Positions 51,901-60,990 of a DNA stretch of 64,000 bases are shown in pieces. The number at the start of each line of letters is the position of its first letter. The stretch's first letter is position 1. Where the stretch lies: NCBI GenBank assembly GCA_963848295.1, contig CAWKDB010000010.1, positions 2,848,001 to 2,912,000 on the forward strand. Direction: 5' to 3'. The notes below the pieces were generated by a model. The model saw only the letters and a list, made by a program, of their open reading frames with translations, was not told the origin of the DNA and made no database searches. The position numbers and the translations under genes were made by a program. This DNA is from an uncultured delta proteobacterium (GTDB lineage: Bacteria > Myxococcota_A > Polyangia > Haliangiales > Haliangiaceae).

Positions 51901-52723
51901 TGGACGTCGACGAATCACCGCCTGTGACGACCTGGTTCGAGCTCGACGTGCCTAGCGCGGCGCTGGTGTAGTTGAACGACGCGTTCGTCGAATGGTTGCG
52001 GGTCGAAGCCGCGCCGCCGACGGTCGAGGTCGTCTCTTCTTTTACCTCGGTGTTGTACTTCAGCTTCTCGCCCAAGCCGCCGCGGCCGAGCTCCTGCCGG
52101 GCGAGATGATCGTCGACGACCTTGTCCGTCGTCGCCTTCGTCGTGCCGGCCGCATTGCGCCGCGCGAGCATCTGGTTCAGCGCCGCCTGAGACGTCGCCG
52201 GGTTGTCGATCAGGGCGAGGTCGGCGGCGGTTGACTGCACCTTCTTGTCGGACGCTGCCACCCAGCCCTCGAACTGGCGCTTCTGATCCTTGAGCCGGTC
52301 GAGCTTGGCCTCATCGCCCGCGGCCTTCGCCTTCTCGATGTCGCGTTCGACGTCGCGCAAGCCCGCGGACATCATCTGGTGGTTGAACACCGCGGTGTCC
52401 TGCTCGGTCTTGAGCTTCACCGCCTCGGTGTGAACCCGGTCGTCGCGCGGCGTCTGCTTGGCCGCGTTGTCGGATTGGAGGACCGCGACGACGCTTTGCA
52501 CGTAGCTGTTGCCGCGCGCGCCGTGAAGCGCTCGAAGCATCGCATCGCGATCGGCGGGATGCGCGTCGATGACCGCCGCGACCTCGTCGGGCGGAGGCGT
52601 GCCACGAGCGAACAACGCGGAGAGTGCGGCGGTTCCGCTTCCGCTACTTGCCTCTGCCTTGGCGACCGAGCTTTCGCCGCCCGAAGGCGATTGTTGAGCT
52701 TCCTGCTCCGATGCACGCCCCAC
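48932..52723 (-). CDS. 1263 aa hypothetical protein, possible injected or secreted effector
   Basis: N-terminal LRALHGARGNSYVQ motif; long G/S/T-rich beta region; helical C-terminus; no signal peptide seen. Confidence 0.75.
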   Translation of the reverse strand: MGRASEQEAQQSPSGGESSVAKAEASSGSGTAALSALFARGTPPPDEVAAVIDAHPADRDAMLRALHGARGNSYVQSVVAVLQSDNAAKQTPRDDRVHTEAVKLKTEQDTAVFNHQMMSAGLRDVERDIEKAKAAGDEAKLDRLKDQKRQFEGWVAASDKKVQSTAADLALIDNPATSQAALNQMLARRNAAGTTKATTDKVVDDHLARQELGRGGLGEKLKYNTEVKEETTSTVGGAASTRNHSTNASFNYTSAALGTSSSNQVVTGGDSSTSTHSTQNLLDHKGLTRTKAHSEVETSDDGKGNAVTATAADKSTLNAGLGGASSTHEQVQQVDDFKMSSSHTENLMRGDGKVGGGVSNTSQVGTVDPKTGELRTGNTNNSSVEGHLQADRDGFGLGGSGAAGRDNIHTWDNGHPFSTPNPDREPDLSQKTKGISNTVKTGVSVAGDGHVVISVKPYAGEDKSLEGRFVVVVAVHLGASLGGSADAARKYDETDGSRRDGSFGGGGDISVKGSADLSFQHVMSSDECKEYLDQLHVVNAQNAGNGKYPELAQISTAWRDGWRGGGAAAANAARAASLDNPEAIRKMADGDKIELDVAGGGEAKAHLDADAAGLGIGGHGGVSHNGTLKFILEKAHDELLVRVAVDSDTELGAGGSASVGFAKGSFDHAHKTATGTGATFHLTADEVAIKDEILRARSQADLEALMTKYPKLLEEHETSKASTDSDKVAVSVFKVNLELGGSAGTSQRLVTDKDGKQTEIDAASSQGGGSIGVDKWKLSGSQTQAVETAVSADNKASGDLAQTDAHTDLQKTLLDHDDRSRQKSLLSKATGADGLKPEESSDQSGMFLSDADYNTIIGAATDAVSWDHHFASTRNGDDWKTLRRSINAAHGDKKLVAQALATFIGKNDHDRMQMIEAVVRVPLGNGSGGSMYDFPEGLANLKPLYKALVVEDPGVTAKQLRDAGKKKEATKEAQAKIEALDSLYNQITTAQAKFTETGNITAYGEMLHHIASRRQELGNYVDDNEVVKGKKRYNDLLGVCTRYKEQENKAYEGIVDLDGHDAKAKADFENQLRGLYHVWEPDYAELSDLGATWYPGDEHIWSKLKPNETKWEQSHDHDVAPVGDDHEQIDDNREREANEHLRRPTGVAAQKAQHANELKAKDAQVAVQAGPVAAAKQKAAAAAQWHNKAIRDHEPIAPAAAQKAGAAWKAWADATYQEDRYHVSAASPYAVAAAVENNAQQAIEAFHRAEQLFKQARELNHDA

Positions 52724-52858
52724 GGCTCAAGTTTACGCCGGCTGGCGCCGATCTCTTCCTCGATTCCAGCCCCCGCGACCGAGTCCAATCTGACCCGTGT
52801 TCGTGACTACCATTTCGACTCCAGGCGCTAGCGCGGGCGATGTAAGGGCGGCGTAAGA

Positions 52859-54943
52859 CTATTCGTCGGCCGGCAGCGCGAAGCTCGCGAAGAAATTCTT
52901 GACCTCGGCGGCGGGCACTTTTTGTCGCGCCTCTTCGCCGAGATCGCGCACGTCGAGCAGCTCGTCGGGGACCTCGAGCAAGAACCGCGAAGGCGTGCGC
53001 GGCATCGTGCGGCCGCGATTCACGCGAGTGCACGCGCGGGTCAGGTACAGCTTGCGCTGCGCGCGCGTGATCCCGACGTAGCACAGCCGGCGCTCTTCGC
53101 TGATGTCGGTCGCGTGGTCCGCATCGACGGCCGGGACTTGCTCCCGGCCCGCAGCGCCGCCGGATGGCGGTGCGGTCCTGATGCCGACGTCGGTCACCTG
53201 CGGCTGCAACGTCCGCGCGTGCGGCAGCAGCTCCTCTTCGAGCCCGATCATGAAGCACACCGGAAACTCGAGGCCCTTCGCACCGTGCAGCGTGCACAGC
53301 ACGACCTTGTCACCGTCGTCGTGCTTCTCGTCCTTGCTGTCGAGCGAGAGATGGCGCAGGTACTCGGCGAGATCGGTCCGGCCTTTGGCGGCGAACTTGC
53401 CGAGCGACCCGAGCAACCCTTCGACGTTGTCGATCCGCCGCTGCGCCGCGGCCATGCTGCCCGATGCCGCCCGCAGGTCTTCGTAGAGGCCGATGTCCTT
53501 GACCAGCGAGCGCGTCACCGCGACGACATCGATCCCGGCTTCGAACCCGGCGCGTACGCGCTCGACCGCCGCGATGAAGCCATCGATCCCGGCGCGCGCG
53601 GCGCCGTGGACCTCGGTGTTGCGCAGCGCATCCCACAGCGTCGCGTGATTGGCCTGCGCCACCGCCGCGAGCTTGTCGACCGTGGTCGTGCCGATGCCGC
53701 GCGCCGGATAGTTCAACACCCGGCGCAGCGCGAGCTCGTCCCTCGGGTTGATCGCGACCCGCAGGTACGCGATCAGGTCCTTGACTTCCTTGCGCTCGAA
53801 GAACTGCTGGCCGCCGTACATCACGTACGGCACGTCGAGCTGGCGCAGCTCGTCCTCGACCACCTTCGCCTGGACGTTCGAGCGATAGAGGATCGCGATG
53901 TCGGACCAGCGCCGGCCGTCTTGTTGGAGCTGGCGGATCTCGCGCGCGACCCACTTCGCTTCGTCGTCGGCGGTCGGCGCGACGGCGTGGGTGATCGCGT
54001 CGCCGTCCGGCAGCTGCGACCACAGCGTCTTGCCGTGGCGGTTCTTGTTGTTCGCGATCACCGCGTTCGCCGCTGCGAGGATCGACTTGGTCGAGCGATA
54101 GTTTTGCTCGAGCTTGACGATCTTGGCGCCGGGAAACAGCTCGCCGAACTTCAAGATGTTCGTCGGGTCTGCGCCGCGCCAGCTGTAGATCGATTGATCG
54201 TCGTCGCCGACCACGCACAGGTTGCCGTGATCGCGCACGAGGTGCTGGACCATCCGCAGCTGCGCGCGGTTCGTGTCTTGAAACTCGTCGACCATCACGT
54301 ACTCGAACCGCTCGGCCCAGGCGTTGCCGGTGGCGGGATCGCGCTCCCACAGCCGGACCGGTTCCACGATCAGGTCGTCGAAGTCGAACGCCGCACACGC
54401 GCGCAGGCCCTCCTGATACTTCGGATAGATCTGCTGGGTCATCGCATCGTAGTCGTCGAGTGGGTTGCCCTCGAAGTCATCGGGCGCGATGAACGCGTTC
54501 TTCGCGAGCGAGATCCGGGTCAAGATCGCCTTCGCGTCGTAGCGGCGATCGCCGTCGCGGACGACCCGCATCGCTTCGCGCACCGCGCCGAGCTGATCGG
54601 AGCCGTCGTAGATCACGAAGCCGCGCGGCATGCCGAGCGCCTTGCGTTCGATCCGCAGCACTTGCAGGCCGAGCGCGTGAAACGTCCCGATCGTGAGCTC
54701 GCGCGCGACCGCCTTGTCGCCGAGCAGCGCCGAGACTCGCTCGCGCATCTCCTCGGCCGCTTTGTTCGTGAACGTGACCGCGCAGATCCGCTGCGGCGGC
54801 ACGCCCTGCGCCAGCAAGTGCGCGATCCGGAACGTGATCACGCGGGTCTTGCCCGAGCCTGCGCCGGCGAGCACCAGCACCGGGCCTCGGCCGTGGCTCG
54901 CCGCATCGCGCTGCGGCGGATTGAGCTTGCCGAGATCGACCAC
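52859..54943 (-). CDS. UvrD/PcrA/Rep family DNA helicase
   Basis: AGAGSGKT, TFTNKAA, VDEFQDTN, GDDDQSIY, LEQNYRS, HGAKGLEF, EERRLCYVGITRA. Confidence 0.97.
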   Translation of the reverse strand: MVDLGKLNPPQRDAASHGRGPVLVLAGAGSGKTRVITFRIAHLLAQGVPPQRICAVTFTNKAAEEMRERVSALLGDKAVARELTIGTFHALGLQVLRIERKALGMPRGFVIYDGSDQLGAVREAMRVVRDGDRRYDAKAILTRISLAKNAFIAPDDFEGNPLDDYDAMTQQIYPKYQEGLRACAAFDFDDLIVEPVRLWERDPATGNAWAERFEYVMVDEFQDTNRAQLRMVQHLVRDHGNLCVVGDDDQSIYSWRGADPTNILKFGELFPGAKIVKLEQNYRSTKSILAAANAVIANNKNRHGKTLWSQLPDGDAITHAVAPTADDEAKWVAREIRQLQQDGRRWSDIAILYRSNVQAKVVEDELRQLDVPYVMYGGQQFFERKEVKDLIAYLRVAINPRDELALRRVLNYPARGIGTTTVDKLAAVAQANHATLWDALRNTEVHGAARAGIDGFIAAVERVRAGFEAGIDVVAVTRSLVKDIGLYEDLRAASGSMAAAQRRIDNVEGLLGSLGKFAAKGRTDLAEYLRHLSLDSKDEKHDDGDKVVLCTLHGAKGLEFPVCFMIGLEEELLPHARTLQPQVTDVGIRTAPPSGGAAGREQVPAVDADHATDISEERRLCYVGITRAQRKLYLTRACTRVNRGRTMPRTPSRFLLEVPDELLDVRDLGEEARQKVPAAEVKNFFASFALPADE
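53124..53188 (-). mobile_element. 60 bp twin-hairpin in-frame element (copy 4)
   Basis: Encodes GIRTAPPSGGAAGREQVPAV just before motif VI; stems CCGCC/GGCGG and GGCCGGGA/TCCCGGCC; flanks GTCGG/GTCGA. Confidence 0.75.
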
Positions 54944-55016
54944 GGAGCGAGCACGCTACGGATCCGCGACCGCGCCGTCAACGCGAATGCGCGCCCACGC
55001 GCTACGATGTCGTGGC

Positions 55017-55559
55017 GTGCGCTCCAGTTACGAACAGTTGGTCGACGAGCTGCGCGCCGAGTTCCCGCGGTTCCGCATCGTTCGCAAGGATCGGTCGCGT
55101 CTGCATCGCGCGATCGACATCGGGTTGCGGATCGTCACATTCGGCCGGATGAGGACCTACCTCGACTCGTTTCAGACCACGATCGGCGCGACGGTCTACG
55201 TCACGCCGGATTGGGACGACTGGGAGCCCGACCGCCGCTACGTGACGCTACGCCACGAGGCGATCCACCTGCGACAATTTCGACGGTTCACGCTGCCCGG
55301 GATGGCGGTGCTCTACGTGCTGTTCCCGCTGCCGATCGGCCTGGCCTGGTTTCGCGCGCACTTCGAGAAGGAGGCGTACGCCGAGAGCATCCGGGCGGCG
55401 GCCGAGGTCTGGGGTAGCGACTACCCGAAGCGACCCGATTTTCGCAACCACGTGGTCTCGCAATTTCTCGGGGCGAGCTACGGATGGATGTGGCCGTTTC
55501 GCGCCGCCATCGAACGTTGGTACGATGCGGTCTTGGCCACGCTCGGTCAGCAGTCATAG
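55017..55559 (+). CDS. HExxH zincin-like hypothetical protein
   Basis: [25 protein letters not shown] start. Confidence 0.75.
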   Translation: MRSSYEQLVDELRAEFPRFRIVRKDRSRLHRAIDIGLRIVTFGRMRTYLDSFQTTIGATVYVTPDWDDWEPDRRYVTLRHEAIHLRQFRRFTLPGMAVLYVLFPLPIGLAWFRAHFEKEAYAESIRAAAEVWGSDYPKRPDFRNHVVSQFLGASYGWMWPFRAAIERWYDAVLATLGQQS

Positions 55560-57897
55560 AGTCGGTGCAGCTTGCGATCCGATCGTAGGCATCGATCTCG
55601 GGACGTCGAATACCGTCGTCGCGTATGCGGAACCCGCGGGCGTAGCGAAGGTGCTCGCCGACGAAGCGAGCTTCAAGATCCATCCGTCGGTCGTGTCGTT
55701 CCACCCGAACGGCGGCGTCGTGGTCGGCGCCGCGGCCAAGCAGCGCAAGGTCATCGATCCGAAGAACACGATCTTCTCGGTCAAGCGGTTGATCGGCCGC
55801 AGCTACGACTCGCGCGAGGTCCAGACCGCGAAGCCGCGGATGCCGTATCAGATCAAGGAGGGGCCGAACCACCTCCCGATCATCGTCACGCGCGGCGGCG
55901 AGTTCGCGGTGCCGGAGATCTCGGCGATCGTGCTCGACCACATGAAGAACGTGGCATCGGGCGCGCTCGGAGCGCCGGTGTCACGCGCGGTCGTCACCGT
56001 CCCGGCGACGTTCAACGATGCGCAGCGTTCGGCGACCGCGACCGCCGGCGCGATCGCAGGGCTCACGATCTTGCGCGTGCTCAACGAGCCGACCGCGGCG
56101 GCGCTCGCGTACGGCCACGCGAAGGATCTGCGCCAGACGATCGCGGTCTACGACTTCGGCGGCGGCACGTTCGACATCACGATCTTGAAGCTCGACGATC
56201 AGGTCTACGAGGTGCTCGGCACCGCCGGCGACACGTTCCTCGGCGGCGATGACCTCGACGAGCGGCTCGTCGATCGCATGGTCGAGAAGTTCCTCGCCGA
56301 GAATCGCATCGACCTGCGCGACAACGAGGTGTCGATGATGCGGCTGCGTGCGGTCGCGGAGCAGACCAAGATCGAGCTGTCGCGCCGATCGCGTGCGGTC
56401 GTGCGGATCGACGAGATCGCGTATGGCGCGAAGGGCAAGCCGCTCAACCTCCAGGTCGAAGTCACGCGCGACGAGTTCGTGGCGCAGGTCGCCGACATCA
56501 TCGATCGCACGTTCCCGGTCGTCCGCGAGGCGCTGACGCTCGCCGGGCTCGACACCCGCCGGATCGACGACGTGTTGCTCGTCGGCGGCACGACGAAGAT
56601 CCCCTACGTGCGCGATCAGGTCGCGAAGTTCTTCGGCAAGGCGCCACGCACCGACGTCAATCCCGAAGAGGCGGTCGCCTCGGGAGCCGCCCTGCAGGCG
56701 CTCGCGCTCGATCGCGTGCTCAAGCGACCCTCTGGCAAGACGAACGTGCCGGTGCCGATCGGCGAGTTTGCCGACGAATCGCCGACGCGCGAGGGCAGCG
56801 ACCTCGATGCCGCGCTCAACTTCGTCACGACCGAGAGCGAGCCGACCGAGACCACGAAGACCACGCCGAAGCGCGAGATGCCGATGCCGCAGGTCGAAGA
56901 CGAGCTGTCCGAGCTCACCTTCGAGACCCCGAAGCGGCCGACGAGCTCGTACGGCATGGCGCGGACGGTGACCGGCGAGCGAGCTCCCGCGCGAGGAGCG
57001 CAAGTCGATCGCCTGGAAGGCGAGCGCACCCCACCGCCGCAAGCGACGCCACTGGGTCGGATCACGAAGCCGGCGAACCCACCGCCGATGACGACGATGG
57101 TCGGCGTCCCGAACGCGCCGCCCCCGCAAGCCACGCCACCGACGACGACGCGGGGCACCGATCGCTCGGTGCCGATCTCGCGGCCTCCCGCCTCGCCGCC
57201 GGCGATCGCCCTGCCGCCGCTCGCCGCCCCGCCGATGCCGCCTCCCGCCGTGCCGCCGATGCCGCCTCCCGCCGTGCCGCCGGCGTCGCCGGCGGCTCGC
57301 ACGATCATGCTCGATCCCCCGGCGTCACCTCCGATGGCGCGCACGATGCTCGATCCCGCCGCGAGCAGCACCGCGCCCGGCATGGGCCCGGCCGAGACGC
57401 TCCAGACGCCGGCGTCGACCGCGAAAGGCTTCACGCCGCCGGCGGCCTACCCTCAGAGCTATCCGGTGATGCAGGCCCGGTCCGCGCCGGTCGTGCTCGA
57501 CGTGACGCCGCGCGGCCTCGGCATCGGCACGGTTGCCGGCTACTGCGAGGAGCTGATCCGGCGCAACGCGCGCGTGCCGACCGAGACGCGCAAGCTGTTC
57601 ACGACCTCGCGCGATCGCCAAGACGTCGTTCACATCATCGTGTGCCAAGGCGAGTCGCGCCGGCTCGACGACAACACCGTGATCGGCGACCTCAAGCTCG
57701 ACAACTTGCCGCCGCGCGAACGAGGCGAGACCTCGATCGAGGTCACGTTCATGCTCGACGCCTCCGGCATCTTGCAAGTGCGCGCGCGCGACGCTCAGAC
57801 CGGTCGCGAGCAACGCGCGACGCTGGACCTCGTCGGTTCCGTGCCCGACGCTGACGTCGCGTCGTCGCGCAACCGCGTCCAAGCGCTGCGTCGCTAG
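55525..57897 (+). CDS. Atypical Hsp70/DnaK family protein with Pro-rich insertion
   Basis: [38 protein letters not shown]; beta substrate-binding domain after LDVTP; start uncertain. Confidence 0.92.
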   Translation: MRSWPRSVSSHRVGAACDPIVGIDLGTSNTVVAYAEPAGVAKVLADEASFKIHPSVVSFHPNGGVVVGAAAKQRKVIDPKNTIFSVKRLIGRSYDSREVQTAKPRMPYQIKEGPNHLPIIVTRGGEFAVPEISAIVLDHMKNVASGALGAPVSRAVVTVPATFNDAQRSATATAGAIAGLTILRVLNEPTAAALAYGHAKDLRQTIAVYDFGGGTFDITILKLDDQVYEVLGTAGDTFLGGDDLDERLVDRMVEKFLAENRIDLRDNEVSMMRLRAVAEQTKIELSRRSRAVVRIDEIAYGAKGKPLNLQVEVTRDEFVAQVADIIDRTFPVVREALTLAGLDTRRIDDVLLVGGTTKIPYVRDQVAKFFGKAPRTDVNPEEAVASGAALQALALDRVLKRPSGKTNVPVPIGEFADESPTREGSDLDAALNFVTTESEPTETTKTTPKREMPMPQVEDELSELTFETPKRPTSSYGMARTVTGERAPARGAQVDRLEGERTPPPQATPLGRITKPANPPPMTTMVGVPNAPPPQATPPTTTRGTDRSVPISRPPASPPAIALPPLAAPPMPPPAVPPMPPPAVPPASPAARTIMLDPPASPPMARTMLDPAASSTAPGMGPAETLQTPASTAKGFTPPAAYPQSYPVMQARSAPVVLDVTPRGLGIGTVAGYCEELIRRNARVPTETRKLFTTSRDRQDVVHIIVCQGESRRLDDNTVIGDLKLDNLPPRERGETSIEVTFMLDASGILQVRARDAQTGREQRATLDLVGSVPDADVASSRNRVQALRR

Positions 57898-57909
57898 CGG
57901 CCCAACAGG

Positions 57910-57929
57910 GACCTTTTGCAATAAAGGTC
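57910..57929. terminator. Hairpin between convergent genes
   Basis: GACCTTT-TGCAAT-AAAGGTC; weak stem. Confidence 0.35.
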
Positions 57930-57972
57930 GATGCGTCCTTGCTTCGCCCGACACGTGGTTGATCGATCCGGC

Positions 57973-58281
57973 TCAATTGACCGCGAAGCCGACGGCGGCG
58001 CCGAGGCCCGCGCCGATCACCGCGCCGGTCGCGACCTGTGCGGTCGAGCCGTGCAACGCCGCGGCGACCACGCCGCCCGCGAGCGCTCCGCCAAGACCGC
58101 CGACCGCGAGCGCGCGCGCCGCGTCGCGGTGCTCCACCGGCGCCGGCGCGTTGACTTGGTTGATCACGGTGACCTGGGTCGGCTTGCTGCCTAGCACGCC
58201 GCCGATCGCACTGACCGCCGATTTCGTGGCGGCGCAGCCGGCGAGCTGAGCGACGACGAGGATCGCAAAGGTGAGCTTCAT
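57973..58281 (-). CDS. Small lipoprotein with glycine zipper
   Basis: Lipobox LAGC; GxxxGxxxG C-terminus. Confidence 0.72.
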   Translation of the reverse strand: MKLTFAILVVAQLAGCAATKSAVSAIGGVLGSKPTQVTVINQVNAPAPVEHRDAARALAVGGLGGALAGGVVAAALHGSTAQVATGAVIGAGLGAAVGFAVN

Positions 58282-58430
58282 GCTCGCAAGCGTACGATGC
58301 ACGGATGCGCGACGACCTGGCAGTCGCGTGCAGCGGCTGGCAATGTGCCCGCCAAAGTCGGCGGCCGCGCCGCGATCGATCGGCCCCGGGGTTCAGAAAC
58401 CCGAGACTGGATTCGTTCGCCATAACGGCA

Positions 58431-59696
58431 TCAGTCACCGCCTTCGTCGGGATCGCTCGACAGCGACGGGCTGCCCTTCTTCGGGCGCGCCGGTTTTGCC
58501 GGCGATGGCGCCGCTGCATCGTCGGCTTTGCCCGAGAGGCGCGACGACGATTTCTTGTCCGCCTTGGGTGTATCGCCAGCGGCGGCGGGCTCGGAGCCGC
58601 ACCATGGCAACTTGATCGCGCGCTTCTCGGCGAGCGTCCGCGGGTCGAGCACGCCGAGCTCGCCGAGCCGATCCCCGTGCAGCAAGACGAGCAAGCTCTT
58701 GGTCCCGGCGACGACGGTCGCTCCGATCAAGTGGTTAAAGTTCTTGGTGATCTGTTGCTTGCACTTGTCGCTGATCTTGTCACCGTCGTGCCAGTAGGCG
58801 TCGAGCTCGTCGGCCTTGCACACCATCTTCGGGATCTTGCGGACGAGCTGCACGCGCTTGCTCGTCGCGAGCTCGAACGTCGTCAGCGTCGAGAACCCGT
58901 GCTCGGCGACCCCGACGCGGCCCTTGTCGAGCAGCGAGAACGAGCCCTTGTACGTCGTCAGCGGCCGATCGTCCTTGCCGATCGCGGTGAGCGGCCCGAC
59001 CTGCGAGCCGTCGGCCTTGAACTCCCACACCGCGGAGTACGGGCCTTGGTCGGCCCCCTCGACGAAGATCTCGTCGCCCGAGAAGTAGACCGCGATCGGA
59101 TCGTTCGACAGCCCCTTGTCGCCGCGAATCGAGAAGCTCGACTGATGCTCCTTGGTCGCGGCGTCGAACAGGTGGACCTCGTCGCCGGCGAGCACCGCGA
59201 CCTTCGTGCCGTCGAGGTTCCACGCCATGTGCGCGATCTTGTCCTTCGCGCCCTTGCTGTCCTTGGGCAGGCAGAAGCCGCGGGCACAGCCGTCGTCGAT
59301 CGAGACGTCGACGCTGTAGCCGGGCAGCGGCGCCGGCGTGCGATACGTGACGGTGGCCTTGGTCGGGTCGACCGTCCAGCAGCCGACGACGCCGAGCAGC
59401 CGCGTCGGGTTCGTATCGATCGCGCACACGACCGCCTCGCCGTTGACCGATGCGAGCTCGAGCTTCGGCGCGCCGTCGTCTTTGAGCGCGGTCGGCAAGC
59501 ACGTCGATCCTTCGGGCGCGATCTCGAGGGCCGCAGCATGGCGCTTCGCCTCGCGATCCGCCTCGGTTTCCGGCGGCGGCGCCGGCTTCGCGACCGGCTT
59601 CGCGACCGGCTCCACGACCGTTTTCTTGTTGCCGCCGCAGGCGACGAGAGCGAGGAGCAAACACACACCGCGATTACGCGCGACGAGACGTCCCAT
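58431..59696 (-). CDS. Hypothetical lipoprotein, probable beta-propeller
   Basis: Lipobox LVAC; AWNLDGTKVAV-type blade; low-complexity tail. Confidence 0.78.
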   Translation of the reverse strand: MGRLVARNRGVCLLLALVACGGNKKTVVEPVAKPVAKPAPPPETEADREAKRHAAALEIAPEGSTCLPTALKDDGAPKLELASVNGEAVVCAIDTNPTRLLGVVGCWTVDPTKATVTYRTPAPLPGYSVDVSIDDGCARGFCLPKDSKGAKDKIAHMAWNLDGTKVAVLAGDEVHLFDAATKEHQSSFSIRGDKGLSNDPIAVYFSGDEIFVEGADQGPYSAVWEFKADGSQVGPLTAIGKDDRPLTTYKGSFSLLDKGRVGVAEHGFSTLTTFELATSKRVQLVRKIPKMVCKADELDAYWHDGDKISDKCKQQITKNFNHLIGATVVAGTKSLLVLLHGDRLGELGVLDPRTLAEKRAIKLPWCGSEPAAAGDTPKADKKSSSRLSGKADDAAAPSPAKPARPKKGSPSLSSDPDEGGD

Positions 59697-59737
59697 GCGG
59701 TCGTTGTACGATCCCGAGCGAGCTGATACAAGGTGCC

Positions 59738-60337
59738 GTGGCGCGACGGACGAGGATCGAGCGCAACACGACCGAGACTCAGATCGCGATCGCGCTCGAT
59801 CTGGACGGCTCTGGCCAGCGCTCGATCGCGACGCCACTCCCGTTCCTCAGCCACATGCTCGAGGCCTTCGCGCGCCACGGCGTGTTCGACGTCGAGATCG
59901 CGGCGACCGGCGACATCGAGATCGACGGCCATCACACCGTCGAGGACATCGGGCTCGTGCTCGGCAACGCGTTCGAGCAAGCGCTCGGCGACCGCGCCGG
60001 CATCGTCCGCTACGGCTGGGCGACGTTGCCGATGGACGAAGTGCTCGTCACCGTCGCGGTCGATTTTTGCGGCCGGCCCGCGTTCGTGTGGAAGGTCGCA
60101 GGGCTCGAAGGCAAGTGGATCGGAGACTTCGACTGCGAGCTCGTCAAGGAGTTCTTCGCCGCGTTCGCGACGCGCGCCCAGTGCAACCTCCACGTCGTGG
60201 TCCACTACGGCGGCAACGCGCACCACATGATCGAGTGCATGTTCAAAGCGTTCGCACGTGCCGCCGATGCCGCGACGCGAATCGACCCTCGGCTCGGCGG
60301 CGCGGTGCCCTCGACCAAGGGCACGCTGACGACGTGA
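59738..60337 (+). CDS. hisB: Imidazoleglycerol-phosphate dehydratase
   Basis: FLSHML, IDGHHTVED, PMDE, NAHHMIE, PSTKG. Confidence 0.97.
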   Translation: MARRTRIERNTTETQIAIALDLDGSGQRSIATPLPFLSHMLEAFARHGVFDVEIAATGDIEIDGHHTVEDIGLVLGNAFEQALGDRAGIVRYGWATLPMDEVLVTVAVDFCGRPAFVWKVAGLEGKWIGDFDCELVKEFFAAFATRAQCNLHVVVHYGGNAHHMIECMFKAFARAADAATRIDPRLGGAVPSTKGTLTT

Positions 60338-60990
60338 CGTCGACCGACCCGGTGCAACGCTCCGCGTCGCGGCACGCATCGGCGAAGCCGACGCCGTCGA
60401 TCGCGATCGTCGACGTGTGCTCGGGCAACTTGCGCTCGGTCGCGCGCGCGATCGCCCGGGTCGGTGGCACGCCGGTCGTCACCCGCGATCCTGATGTTGT
60501 CCGGTCGGCGGACAAAGTGATCGTGCCCGGCCAAGGCGCGTTCGACGTATTCATGCGCGGGCTGACCGAGCGAGGCCTCGGCGAGGTGTTGCGCGAAGCG
60601 ATCGCGAGCGGGCGGCCGTATCTCGGGATCTGCCTCGGCCTGCAAGTGCTGTTCGATCACGGCGACGAGGGCGACTGCGCAGGCTTGGGGTTCTTCGCGG
60701 GCCGCGTGACGAAGCTGGCACCGAGCGACCGCCGGCTCAAGGTCCCGCACATGGGGTGGAACCAAGTCCGCCAGCGCCGAGCGGTCGCCGGGATCGCCGA
60801 CGGCGACTACGTCTACTTCGTGCACTCTTATCGCGCGGTGCCCGTCGATCCATCGCTCGTCGCGCTCGAGGCCGACCATGGCGAGTCGTTCTGTGCCGCG
60901 ATCGCGAAGGACAACGTGCTCGCCGTGCAGTTTCATCCCGAGAAGAGCCAAGCGGTCGGCTTGCGGCTGCTCGAGAGCTTCGTCGCATGA
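60334..60990 (+). CDS. hisH: Imidazole glycerol phosphate synthase, glutaminase subunit
   Basis: GNLRSV, PGQG, GICLG, PHMGWN, YFVHSY, QFHPEKS. Confidence 0.96.
   Translation: MTSTDPVQRSASRHASAKPTPSIAIVDVCSGNLRSVARAIARVGGTPVVTRDPDVVRSADKVIVPGQGAFDVFMRGLTERGLGEVLREAIASGRPYLGICLGLQVLFDHGDEGDCAGLGFFAGRVTKLAPSDRRLKVPHMGWNQVRQRRAVAGIADGDYVYFVHSYRAVPVDPSLVALEADHGESFCAAIAKDNVLAVQFHPEKSQAVGLRLLESFVA
60339..60400 (+). mobile_element. 57 bp twin-hairpin in-frame element (divergent copy 5)
   Basis: GTCGA at 60339 and 60396; stems GCAACGC/GCGTCGC and GCATCGGC/GCCGACGC; removal gives MTSIAIVD. Confidence 0.65.

Noticed and set aside
57230..57360. Tandem DNA repeats in the Hsp70 gene as a separate element
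   Set aside because: They encode the Pro-rich linker; ordinary coding slippage.
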